Assembly: GCA_964436545.1 (NCBI GenBank)
Contig: CAYTCJ010000002.1
Location: 26,111-90,110, forward strand
Origin: an uncultured Candidatus Saccharibacteria bacterium
Lineage (GTDB): Bacteria; Patescibacteriota; Doudnabacteria; UBA920
Length of the DNA: 64,000 nucleotides
Reading direction: 5' to 3'
Below, piece by piece: positions 45,810-55,600 of the stretch. Positions within the stretch are counted from its first letter, which is position 1, and every line of letters starts with the position of its first letter. The notes below the pieces were generated by a model. The model made no database searches, had not been told where the DNA came from, and worked only from the letters and a program-made list of their open reading frames with translations. The translations under genes and the position numbers were made by a program.

Positions 45810-47516
45810 TAAATTCAAATGTTCGGCTTTGAGTTTTTTAAGTGCCTTAAGTCCGGTGCCATTTTCCAAAATCTCACTTAAGTGTAAGCCTCCCACAAAA
45901 TGAGGCGAAAGCACATAATCTACCCCTTGCTCGTAAAGCACCCGACTTTCCGAGTCATTTTGCGCAACAAAAATTAATTTGGGCTTCTTTACTCCGGCTT
46001 CCAGTGCGCGTTGCTTTATATGAGCTAATAGGGCTAAGTTATCGTTAAAATCGGGGATCGTGGAAATAATTAGTTTTGCCAAAGGCAAATTTACTTGCTC
46101 TTGAATGTAAGGGTCGGTTATATCTCCACAAATCACTTCTCGATTCTCTAAATTATGCATATGGTGAATATGCGGGTCAAAATCCACAATAACCAATTTA
46201 TGCTTATCACTGCTTAAACTGTGTAAAAACCTAGAGCCTAATCGATTCGCCCCGGCCAAAATAATATGATTTTTAAAAGGTTTGATGTCTAAATTATTTT
46301 CGGCAGTGGACTTTTTAAACTCAAAATATTTTAGGACCGGTTCTAATTTTTCATAAATTTGCCGAGTATATAAAATGGTGTAAGAGGAAAGGGAAATGGT
46401 AATAATACCCACTAAAGTCAACATACCCATAACTTCATCGGGGACGTGGTTTAGCCGGTTTCCCAAAGCCAACAGCACAAAACTGAATTCACTTACTTGG
46501 GCGGTTGTCACCGCACAAAAAAATGCCGTCCGAGAGGAATAACCCAAGGCGCTCATAATCAACATCATAATTATGGGATTACCAATGGACACATACAGAG
46601 CAAAAACCAACGCCGGCCAAAACAAAGCACCGAGTCCGGTAAACGCCAGTTTGGCACCAAACACAATAAAAAAAATAATCAGGAAAAAATCTCGCAAAGA
46701 TTTTATGCGCGCGGAAATTTCGTAATGGACTTGGCTGTTGGCCAAAGCCAAACCTGCCACAAAACCACCCACTTCCAAAGAAAAACCCACCGCCGGCAAG
46801 GACATAAACGCGGAAAGCCCTAAAGCCCACGCCAAAGAAAAAATCATCAGCAGTTCATCGGAACCGCCAAATTTGCTAATTAATTTTGGAAACACCTTTT
46901 TGCTAATCCAACTTAACAGTAAAACCAAAATTAAAACTTTTACCACAGTGGCCAATAAATATTGCCAACCCACTAAAGCGCTAAACACATCACCTTTGGC
47001 AGTATTGGACCCACCTCCTAAAATCAATAACAAAATTAAAGCGGCAAAATCTTGAACAATTAAAAAACCCACCACAATCCGGCCATACAAAGATTGTAAA
47101 TCTTTTTTTTCTCCCAAAAGTTTAACCACAATAATGGTAGACGAAAAAGTTAATGCCAACGCCAAGTACATAGCAGTTATGCTGGCAAAGCCCAAAAATT
47201 TTGCAATTATAAAACCGGCAACAGAAGTAAACAAAATTTGCCCGAGTCCGGTAAGTAAAGCCACTTTACCCAGTTGCCTCAGTCTTTTAATGTCTAACTC
47301 CAAACCCACCATAAACAACAACAGAGTAATGCCAATTTGCCCTAAAGAATCCAAGGCGCCACCATGTTGAAACCGCGCATGACTAATGGAGCCAATAATT
47401 AATCCGGTAATTATGTAAGCGATAATGGAGGGTTGTTTTAAATACGAAACCAGCATTGCCACTAAACCGGCAACCGCTAAAACCGCAGTAATTTGGTAAA
47501 ATAAATTTAATTCCAT
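45804..47516 (-). CDS. CPA2-family cation:proton antiporter with C-terminal TrkA-N/RCK domain (KefB/KefC-like)
   Basis: About 12 TM helices followed by a Rossmann RCK domain (HIILAGANRLGSRFLHSL...KLVIVDFDP). Confidence 0.8.
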   Translation of the reverse strand: MELNLFYQITAVLAVAGLVAMLVSYLKQPSIIAYIITGLIIGSISHARFQHGGALDSLGQIGITLLLFMVGLELDIKRLRQLGKVALLTGLGQILFTSVAGFIIAKFLGFASITAMYLALALTFSSTIIVVKLLGEKKDLQSLYGRIVVGFLIVQDFAALILLLILGGGSNTAKGDVFSALVGWQYLLATVVKVLILVLLLSWISKKVFPKLISKFGGSDELLMIFSLAWALGLSAFMSLPAVGFSLEVGGFVAGLALANSQVHYEISARIKSLRDFFLIIFFIVFGAKLAFTGLGALFWPALVFALYVSIGNPIIMMLIMSALGYSSRTAFFCAVTTAQVSEFSFVLLALGNRLNHVPDEVMGMLTLVGIITISLSSYTILYTRQIYEKLEPVLKYFEFKKSTAENNLDIKPFKNHIILAGANRLGSRFLHSLSSDKHKLVIVDFDPHIHHMHNLENREVICGDITDPYIQEQVNLPLAKLIISTIPDFNDNLALLAHIKQRALEAGVKKPKLIFVAQNDSESRVLYEQGVDYVLSPHFVGGLHLSEILENGTGLKALKKLKAEHLNLL

Positions 47517-47625
47517 TTACCCTGTTAAATAAATTTTTGTTTCAGTTCAAGTTATTATTTTATTAATTATAGCACAAATATATAAATTTGATAAATCCTA
47601 AAAAATCATCTATGATATTTAAAAT

Positions 47626-48201
47626 ATGGATAAAAGTGCAATTATTTTTATAGGCCCACAAGGTAGTGGAAAAGGGACTCAGGCAAAAATTCTTGCCAAA
47701 ACATTGGGTTTTTTTTATTTTGAAACCGGTGCCATTGCCCGGTCGGTAGCCGGCGAAAACACCCCTTTGGGCCAGCAAGTTAAAGCCATGGTGAATAATG
47801 GCATACTTTTGCCGGATGAAATAATTTTTCAAATGGTAAAAGAAAAACTTTCCCAAACCGAAAACCTTACCGGAGTGATTTTTGACGGTTTACCCAGACG
47901 ACTCACCCAAGCAGAATTTCTTTTAAAAACTTTGTCGGAATTGGGGATAACTCACCTTATTACACTCTACATTTCTTTACCTAAAGACGTTTCCATTGAG
48001 CGTTTATTAAAACGAGCGGAAATAGAAAAGCGTGCCGATGACACTTTAGAAAAAATTCAAACTCGATTATTACAATATGAACAAGAAACTGTGCCGGTTT
48101 TAGAATTTTTAAAATCAAAATCCACTTTTGTGGAAATTGACGGCACTCCGGATGTAAACCTAGTCACCACTGCCATTAACCAACAACTTAGCCAAATTTA
48201 A
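47626..48201 (+). CDS. adk: Adenylate kinase (short type)
   Basis: IIFIGPQGSGKGTQA P-loop, NMP-binding region and the LID-less short form. Confidence 0.85.
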   Translation: MDKSAIIFIGPQGSGKGTQAKILAKTLGFFYFETGAIARSVAGENTPLGQQVKAMVNNGILLPDEIIFQMVKEKLSQTENLTGVIFDGLPRRLTQAEFLLKTLSELGITHLITLYISLPKDVSIERLLKRAEIEKRADDTLEKIQTRLLQYEQETVPVLEFLKSKSTFVEIDGTPDVNLVTTAINQQLSQI

Positions 48202-48813
48202 ATGCCCAAAACCCACGAACCCAGTCTAAACATAATTCTGTTAGGCGACCCGGCAGCCGGCAAGGCCACTCATGGCGCATTTTTAGCCAAAAAATATCAT
48301 CTCTACGATTTAGACATGGGTAGGGAATTAAGAAGTTTAGAGCATAATCCCGTACTAAGGAAAAAATACAAACTCGATCAAACCTTAGACAGCGGAAAAC
48401 TTACTCCCACGGCACTGGTTAGAAACCTTTTAAGAGATAAAATTCACGCCACTCAAAAAACTCAAGGCATTTTATTTAACGGGACGCCAAAAATGCTGGG
48501 GGAGGCCAAGTTGGTGGCTAAATGGTTAAAAGCCGAAAAGCGTCAAAAGGTCATATTTATTTATCTTTCCATTCCACTCAAAGAAACCATTCGCCGAATG
48601 ACTGCCAGAAAGACCTATTTTCAAGGCAAATTTTCCAAACGGCCCGATGACAATAACCAAGCTTTAAAAAATCGCATTGCTTATTACAAAAACAACATTA
48701 GTCAGGTGGTAAAATATTTTAAAAAACTTTACCCAGCTTTAACCATTTCCACTCTGGGGAGTATTTCCGAAGCCAGAAAAAGATTAAAAACGAGTTTAAT
48801 CAAACATGCCTAA
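48202..48813 (+). CDS. Second adenylate-kinase-family nucleoside monophosphate kinase (paralog; specificity unknown)
   Basis: IILLGDPAAGKATHG P-loop and an Adk-like fold. Immediately follows adk. Confidence 0.6.
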   Translation: MPKTHEPSLNIILLGDPAAGKATHGAFLAKKYHLYDLDMGRELRSLEHNPVLRKKYKLDQTLDSGKLTPTALVRNLLRDKIHATQKTQGILFNGTPKMLGEAKLVAKWLKAEKRQKVIFIYLSIPLKETIRRMTARKTYFQGKFSKRPDDNNQALKNRIAYYKNNISQVVKYFKKLYPALTISTLGSISEARKRLKTSLIKHA

Positions 48814-49567
48814 AGGACACATAAAAACAGCCGAAGAAATTGCCATTATTGCTCAGGGTGGAAAAATTTTAAGAAAAATTTTATTGGCAACCGCCAATTT
48901 GGTTAAACCCGGCATTTCAACTTGGGAGCTTAACCAATTTGCCGAAAACGCCATAATTCAAGCCGGAGGGAGACCCAGTTTTAAAAATTATGGTGAGCCT
49001 AAAAACCCTTTTCCAGCCGGGCTTTGTACATCTATTAATGACGTGATTGTTCATGGCATCCCTTCCAAACAAGCCATTTTAAACCCAGGCGATATAATTG
49101 GTTTAGATATTGGCATGCAATACCAAGGCTTGTATACCGATACTGCCATAACCGTACCGGTGGGACAAATATCTAACTTAGCCGACAGACTTTTAAAAAC
49201 CACACAGGAATGTTTAAAGCTAGCCATTCAAACTGCCACAGTTGGACACACCATTGGCGATATTGGCTATGCCATTCAAACCCATGCGGAAGCCAATGGC
49301 TTTTCAGTAGTCAGAGATTTAGTGGGGCATGGCGTGGGCTACGAAGTGCACGAAGCCCCGGAAGTGCCTTGCTTTGGCAAACCAGGACAAGGTCTAAAAT
49401 TAGAGGCGGGGATGGTATTAGCCATCGAACCCATGCTGTGTGAAAAAACTCACAAAATTGCCATTGAAGACGACGGCTGGACCATTACCACCTTTGACCA
49501 CGGACTCTCCGCTCATTTTGAACATACCATTGCCATAACTAAACATGGCACAAAAATATTAACCTAA
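48806..49567 (+). CDS. map: Methionine aminopeptidase type I
   Basis: Pita-bread fold motifs (GHGVGYEVHEAP, metal-binding D/H/E residues). Confidence 0.9.
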   Translation: MPKGHIKTAEEIAIIAQGGKILRKILLATANLVKPGISTWELNQFAENAIIQAGGRPSFKNYGEPKNPFPAGLCTSINDVIVHGIPSKQAILNPGDIIGLDIGMQYQGLYTDTAITVPVGQISNLADRLLKTTQECLKLAIQTATVGHTIGDIGYAIQTHAEANGFSVVRDLVGHGVGYEVHEAPEVPCFGKPGQGLKLEAGMVLAIEPMLCEKTHKIAIEDDGWTITTFDHGLSAHFEHTIAITKHGTKILT

Positions 49568-49574
49568 AAAAACT

Positions 49575-50024
49575 ATGAAAAAACCCGAACAAACTTCAAT
49601 TTCACCGGAAATTAATTTATCTCAAGAGCCTGAAAGACAAATAAAAGTTTCAAAAAATTATTTTGAACAAATAAACAGTGGGGATAAAATTATTGAGGTA
49701 AGAATGATTACCCAAGAATCAGGAAGAGGCAAAGTGGGTCAGATAATTATTTATGAAGGTCCTGATAATCAAATCTGTAAAAGAAGAATATCCAAGATAA
49801 GACCTTATAAATCTATTACTGAACTGGCAAACAATGAAGTGGTAGAAGATATTTTACCCCAAAAAGGAAAAAATACTTCTACGGAAGAATTAGTAAAACT
49901 TGCAAAACAACACTTTAAGAGTGAACTGTCGGTAAAAAGTAAAGAATCCGACGATTATGGCGACATAGAAATTACAAGAGACACCCCATTTGAAGCATGG
50001 GATTTAGAACCGGTGGAAGAATAA
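49575..50024 (+). CDS. ASCH/PUA-like domain protein
   Basis: IKVSKNYFEQINSGDKIIEVRM resembles the ASCH-domain N-terminal motif. Weak similarity only. Confidence 0.4.
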   Translation: MKKPEQTSISPEINLSQEPERQIKVSKNYFEQINSGDKIIEVRMITQESGRGKVGQIIIYEGPDNQICKRRISKIRPYKSITELANNEVVEDILPQKGKNTSTEELVKLAKQHFKSELSVKSKESDDYGDIEITRDTPFEAWDLEPVEE

Positions 50025-50030
50025 CCAAAT

Positions 50031-50066
50031 AAAAACCAGCCTACTTTGCAGTAGGCTGGTTTTTAT
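50031..50066. terminator. Bidirectional terminator (AACCAGCCTACT-TTGC-AGTAGGCTGGTT, then TTTT)
   Basis: 12-bp stem. Lies between the convergent ASCH and thrS genes. Confidence 0.6.
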
Positions 50067-50122
50067 TTTGATGAATGCAATTTATCTTTGCTGGATGACC
50101 TTGTCTCTCAAAACACGCAAGA

Positions 50123-51901
50123 TCACTTTTTCTTCTCAATTTCTTTATTTACCCTGTCTAAAAACTTTTTTATACTCATTATGCCTAAATCTTTGCCTTC
50201 GCGGGTGCGCACCGCAACTTTACCCGACTTCATTTCTTTCTCCCCTAAAATAATTTGGTAGGGGATTTTTTGTAAAGTGGCTTCACGGATTTTTTTGCCA
50301 ATTGACTCATCTCTGTCATCAAGTTCAGTTCTAAATTCTAAGTTGTAAGTTGTAAGTTCCTTTATAATTTTTTTCGCATAACTGTTTTGTTTCTTAGAAA
50401 TTGGCAAAACTTTAATTTGAACAGGGGAGAGCCAGAGCGGAAAATTTCCAGCGGTGTGTTCAATATACACAGACAAAAACCTTTCAATAGAACCCATTAA
50501 AGCAAAATGAATCATTACAGGAGTTTGTTCCTTGCCTTCGTGGTCTGTATAAACCAAACCAAATCGCTTTGGTTGGACGAAGTCTAATTGCGGGGTGGCA
50601 AGTTGCCACTCTCTCCCTAAAGCATCAACTGCCATAAAATCAATTTTTGGACCATAAAACGCTGCTTCTCCTTCAGCAACAAAATAGTCCAGCTTACTCT
50701 TTTGAGCAATTTTTAACAATATACTCTGTGCTTTGTCCCATAAATTTATTTCTCCTAAATATTTTTCGGGGGTTTTTTGATCTCTAAATGACAACCTCGC
50801 TCTCAGTTGCATGTTAATACTCTTATAAAAAATCTTTGTTACATCAATTAACTCCTGATATATTTGCTCAATTTGATCCGGGGTGCAAAAGGTATGGCTA
50901 TCATCTTGAGTAATAGAACGGACCCGAGAAAGACCCAACAGCTCGCCGGCTTTTTCGTCCCGATAAACCGTAGTGGTTTCCATATATTTTATGGGTAGTT
51001 CTTTATAGCTATGCGGGCGTGAAGCATAAATCTGCTGATGGTGCGGGCAATTCATTGGCTTCATTACCAACTCATCAGATGTTTCTTGACTTTTAACCAA
51101 AAACAACTCTCCGCCAAATTTATCCCAGTGTCCGGAAGTTTTGTATAAATCATTTTTGGTAATGTGCGGACTCCAAACTCGTTTCCAGCCTTTCTTAATT
51201 CTTAAATTTTGAGAATAGTCATTTAATAGCTCTCTTAAGAGCGCACCCTTTTGAGTAAACAAGGGCAAACCTTTCCCAACCTGGTCGGAGATAGTATATA
51301 AATCTAATTGTAAACCCAATTTCCTATGGTCGCGCTTTTCTGCCTCCTCTAACATTTTTAAGTGTGCATCCAATTCCTCTTTGCTTTCAAATGCCACGCC
51401 ATACACTCGGGTAAGCATTTTATTTTTTTCATCGCCTCGCCAATAGGCCCCGGCTAGCTTAGTGAGTTTAAAGGCATCGGGCTTTATATCTTTCCGAGGA
51501 TTTTCCACATGCCCGCCTCGGCATAAATCTGTAAACTCCCCGGACTTATAAAAAGTCACCGGTTCTTTTTTCTTTTCCAATTCTGCAATTAATTCCAATT
51601 TATAAGGATTATGCGCCCAATGTTTTTTGGCTTCTTCATAACTCATCTCCATGCGCTGAAAATTTTCCCAAGTGGGCAAAATTCGTTTCATTTCTTTTTC
51701 CAGTTTAGGTAAATCTTGCAAGGTAAGCGGGGAGTCAGGTTCAAAATCATAATAAAAACCATTTTCCACCGGCGGACCAATGGTAATTTTGGCCTTGGGA
51801 TGTAATTTTAACAATGCGGCAGCAAACAAATGCGCTAGCGAATGCCTAATATTATGTAGTCGTTCATTTTTTAAATAATCTTGGTTGGACATATTGGACA
51901 T
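50123..51901 (-). CDS. thrS: Threonyl-tRNA synthetase (lacking N-terminal TGS domain)
   Basis: SAD/editing motif (RHSLAHLFAAAL), class II catalytic motifs and C-terminal anticodon-binding domain. The protein begins within the N2 region. Confidence 0.9.
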   Translation of the reverse strand: MSNMSNQDYLKNERLHNIRHSLAHLFAAALLKLHPKAKITIGPPVENGFYYDFEPDSPLTLQDLPKLEKEMKRILPTWENFQRMEMSYEEAKKHWAHNPYKLELIAELEKKKEPVTFYKSGEFTDLCRGGHVENPRKDIKPDAFKLTKLAGAYWRGDEKNKMLTRVYGVAFESKEELDAHLKMLEEAEKRDHRKLGLQLDLYTISDQVGKGLPLFTQKGALLRELLNDYSQNLRIKKGWKRVWSPHITKNDLYKTSGHWDKFGGELFLVKSQETSDELVMKPMNCPHHQQIYASRPHSYKELPIKYMETTTVYRDEKAGELLGLSRVRSITQDDSHTFCTPDQIEQIYQELIDVTKIFYKSINMQLRARLSFRDQKTPEKYLGEINLWDKAQSILLKIAQKSKLDYFVAEGEAAFYGPKIDFMAVDALGREWQLATPQLDFVQPKRFGLVYTDHEGKEQTPVMIHFALMGSIERFLSVYIEHTAGNFPLWLSPVQIKVLPISKKQNSYAKKIIKELTTYNLEFRTELDDRDESIGKKIREATLQKIPYQIILGEKEMKSGKVAVRTREGKDLGIMSIKKFLDRVNKEIEKKK

Positions 51902-51915
51902 AGTTGATTCTTCCT

Positions 51916-52320
51916 GTCATCCCGATCCACCTTCGCCAAGGCGAAGGTGGGAGGGATCCCTTTAAATTAATTGCTTATACAAATCATTTCATTCCAATGG
52001 GGATTAATCGTCTTAATTAACGCCTCTTTCTTTTTTCTATTCCAGCTTTTTAACTGTTTTTCTCTCAATATTGCAGATTCTACATTGTCTGTCTGTTCGT
52101 AATAAACTAGCTTATGACATTGATACTTTTTTGTAAAACCCTCTACCAAATCTTGCTTATGCTCATGGACTCTTCGCATTAAATCATTCGTCACTCCAAT
52201 ATACAAAGTGCCGGAGACACTTGCTAATATGTAAATAAAATATTGATGATCCCTCATAAAACATACCTTAAGGGATCCCTCCGCTCTCCCTCGGCTTCGC
52301 TCGGGATTGGTCGGGATGAC
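51916..52320. mobile_element. Miniature element (~405 bp) with ~45-49-bp GC-rich terminal inverted repeats, carrying a GIY-YIG nuclease gene
   Basis: Left terminus GTCATCCCGATCC...GGGAGGGATCCC (51916-51960). Right terminus GGGATCCCTCC...GGTCGGGATGAC (52272-52320). The outer 12 nt and inner 11 nt are reverse complements, and each terminus carries an internal hairpin. GC-rich against AT-rich flanks. Confidence 0.5.
51967..52257 (-). CDS. GIY-YIG domain nuclease (YhbQ/UPF0213-like)
   Basis: YFIYILASVSGTLYIGVTNDLMRRVHEHK...GFTKKY (GIY..YIG..R..EH motif). Start set at the second Met so that the CDS lies inside the inverted repeats. The ORF-track N-terminal extension reads through the right IR. 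Confidence 0.7.
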   Translation of the reverse strand: MRDHQYFIYILASVSGTLYIGVTNDLMRRVHEHKQDLVEGFTKKYQCHKLVYYEQTDNVESAILREKQLKSWNRKKKEALIKTINPHWNEMICISN

Positions 52321-52652
52321 AAAAAAAACAAAATAACAAAACCCCGAAATCCATTTATTCATTTAGAGAATAAATAAACTCCGGGGTCTCGTTTTGCGAG
52401 ACGTTTCCGTCCCAGTTCCCCCGCTCTTTGCTTGCAAAGGGCGGGGCTTTTCATCTTCAAATGGCTCTAGAACATTTAAAGATTTAATACAATTTGTTTC
52501 AAGCTCTTTGCTTGGTGGGCAAAGTATTGATCAATAGACCAAACGCTTGAATGTGCTGACTGAAATAATTAAACTTCAGTTAAAAGCATTATACAAAAAC
52601 TAAAAAAAACACGCAAATCCCAGTTTTCCACAACTACCTAATTGTCAAAAAC

Positions 52653-55600
52653 TCACAAAACATCAACTTTTACTATGGAATTAAAGTTTTTTAGTTTTAT
52701 AACCAATTCCGCCTGCCCATTCACCAAACTTTGAGTTTTTACTTTTTTGACTTCATTGCCAAAACCAATTTGTAAATAAACCGGCATTTGCCCTGGGTAA
52801 TCATGTAAGATCGATTTAATGGCATTTAGCTCAGTTAACTCGGCCAACTTTTGCATAACTATCACAAATTGTTTGGTTTTTTCCATCTCCGAAAGCGCAG
52901 ACTCATAATTCGTATCTTTGGGTAGCGCCTTAATTTCTTCCGCCATAAGAGAATAGCCTAAACTATTTTCAGAAAAACTCTCACCGGTTTCGGCGGGTGC
53001 CTGCCTGTCTTGACCTACAGCCTGCCCGGGACTTTTTCTTTTCTGCGTGGAATTAAAAGAAATCCGACCGGAAATTTGAACGATTTTTTCATTTTCCAAA
53101 AAAGGCAAAGCCTGTTCCATAACTTTGGGAAAAACCAAAACTTCACACACTCCGGTGAGGTCTTCAACTCCCACAAAAGCCATGGGATCATTTTTTTTAG
53201 TTAAAGTTTTGCGCAACTTAGAAATGATGCCGGCGATTACCACTTGGCTGTTATCGGTTTTATGTTTTAAATCTTTAATAGGCGTGAAGTGCTTTAAAAC
53301 TTTGGCATAATTATCCAAAGGATGCGCCGATACATACATACCCAAATGTTCCTTTTCCCAAGATAGTTTATCTTCTTTACTGGCCGGCTCAACCTGTTTT
53401 AAAGATAATTTGCCAATATTTAAACTGGATCCGAATAAAGATACCTGACCTTGCTCTTCCGATTTAAAATGTTCTCTTACAAAATCCAAAATATTTTCCG
53501 TGGAAGCCAATAACTGGTTTCTTTCGCCAAAAACATCTAACGCTCCCGATTTAACCAAAGCCTCCCAAGAACGTTTGTTAAAATTTTTAACATAAGTCCG
53601 CAGTAAAAAATCTTGCAAAGAAGCAAATGAGGTCTCTAAACTGATTAGCTGATTAGCTGATAGCTGATTGCTAATTAGCTGATTAGCTGATAGCTGATTC
53701 CTAATTAGCTGATTACTCTTTCTCGCTTCAATTATTTTATTTATTACATCGCTACCCAAATTTTTTATGGCATTTAAACCAAAACGAATTATGCCGTTGG
53801 GATTAGCTTTTAAGCCCAGTTCTCGGTACGAAGTTAAATTTTCCGGCATAGCATAACTGTCTACCACGGTAAAATCGGCAAAAGAAGTATTCACATCGGG
53901 AGGTAAGATTTTTATCCCCATAGCCTTACATTCTTCCACAGCTTCGTAAATTTTTTCTTCATCACCACTTTCCGCAGTCATTACCGCGGTCATAAACTCC
54001 ACGGGAAAATTGGCTTTCATATACGCCGTTTGGTAAGCCACCACCGCATAGGAGGCAGAATGGGATTTGTTAAAACCATAAGCCGCAAAAGGTTCAATCC
54101 AGTTCCAAACTTCGTTGGCTTTAGTATGGCTCCAACCCGCGGTATCCATACACCCTTGAATAAATTTGATTTTTTGCTTGGCCATTTCCTCGGGGATTTT
54201 TTTGCCCACAGCTTTTCTAAATTTATCCACTTCTTCCCAAGAATACCCGGCCAAATCATGAGCAATGGTAAGCAAATCGTCCTGATACACCAAAATCCCG
54301 TAGGTGCGTCTTAAAATTTTCTCAAAAGCCGGATCGAAATATTTTATTAAATTGGGATTGTGTTTACGTTTAATATAGTCTTCAATAAATTGCATGGGCC
54401 CAGGGCGGTATAAAGCAATCATAGCCATAATATCAAAAATGCTGGAAGGTTTTAATTCCATTAAATATCGGGTCATTCCGCTACTGCCTAACTGAAACAC
54501 GCCAAAAGTCAAACCATCTGCTAAAAGTTTAAAAGTCTTTTCGTCCGGATGCGGGAGATTATAAATATCCACGTCTAAATTATGTTTTTGTTTAACCAGC
54601 TCGACGCTTTTTTCCAAAATGGATAAATTTTTTATACCCAACAAATCCAATTTCACCACCCCAATGGCTTTACTGTTGGAATTGACATCCAAAGCATACA
54701 TATCGTACTGAGTAATAATTCGTTCGCCCTCGGGTTCTTTTTGCAGTGGCATATAGTCGGTAAGCGGGGTGGGAGTAATTACTATCCCGGCTGCATGCAT
54801 AGAGGCGTGGCGAGCATTGCCCTCGATTTTTTTGGCAATTTCCAATATTTGCCGGGTTTCCGGATCTTGGTCTTTGGCCTCTTTTAACTCTGCGGACATG
54901 TCTATAGCCTTGTCTAAGGTCATATCAAAACCCTGTTTGCCCAAAGGGATCATTTTGGCAATCCGATCACATTTAGAATAGGGGATCCCTAAAGCCCTAC
55001 CAACATCTCTTACCCCTGCCCTCGCTTTCATGGTTCCAAAAGTAATAATTTGCGCCACTTTATCCGGTCCGTATTTTTGAGTAATGTAAGCAATGGCTTC
55101 ATCGCGACGATTATCGGCAATATCCAAATCGATATCGGGGGGAGTGGGACGATGCGCGGTTAAAAACCTTTCAAAGGGCAACTCAAAATATAAGGGGTCC
55201 ACATTGGTAATGCCCAAAATGTAACCCACAATACTCCCCGCAGCACTGCCTCGAGTATTGGTAATGGCGCCAATTTTATGCGCGCCTTCCACGACATCGG
55301 CCACCATTAAGAAATAAGTATCAAAATCTTTTTTACAAATAATCTCGAGCTCGTAATCGATGCGGTTTTTTATCATTTCCGGAATTTTTCCGTCAGCTTG
55401 TGGTTTTCCATAAATTTCTTGCGCTCGGCTGTATGTTTTTTGTTTTAAAAATTCCTTAGAAGACGTGCCGGTGGGAATTTCCACTTTGGGAAAATATCTC
55501 TGGTCGATTTTTAATTCCAAATTGCATAACTGCTCCACGATTTGCGTATTGGCTACCGCTTCGGGCAAATCAAAAAACAATTCCGACATTTTCTCCGGAG

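Noticed and set aside
50330-50360. TAAGTTGTAAGTT motif shared between the thrS 3' coding region and the dnaE upstream intergenic region (56356-56372)
   Set aside because: A short AT-rich 13-mer. One copy is coding (ELTTYNLEF). The match is likely coincidental.
53641-53720. CTGATTAG repeat array as a possible CRISPR or minisatellite locus
   Set aside because: The repeats are contiguous, with no spacers, and in-frame within dnaE. It is a coding tandem duplication, not a CRISPR array.
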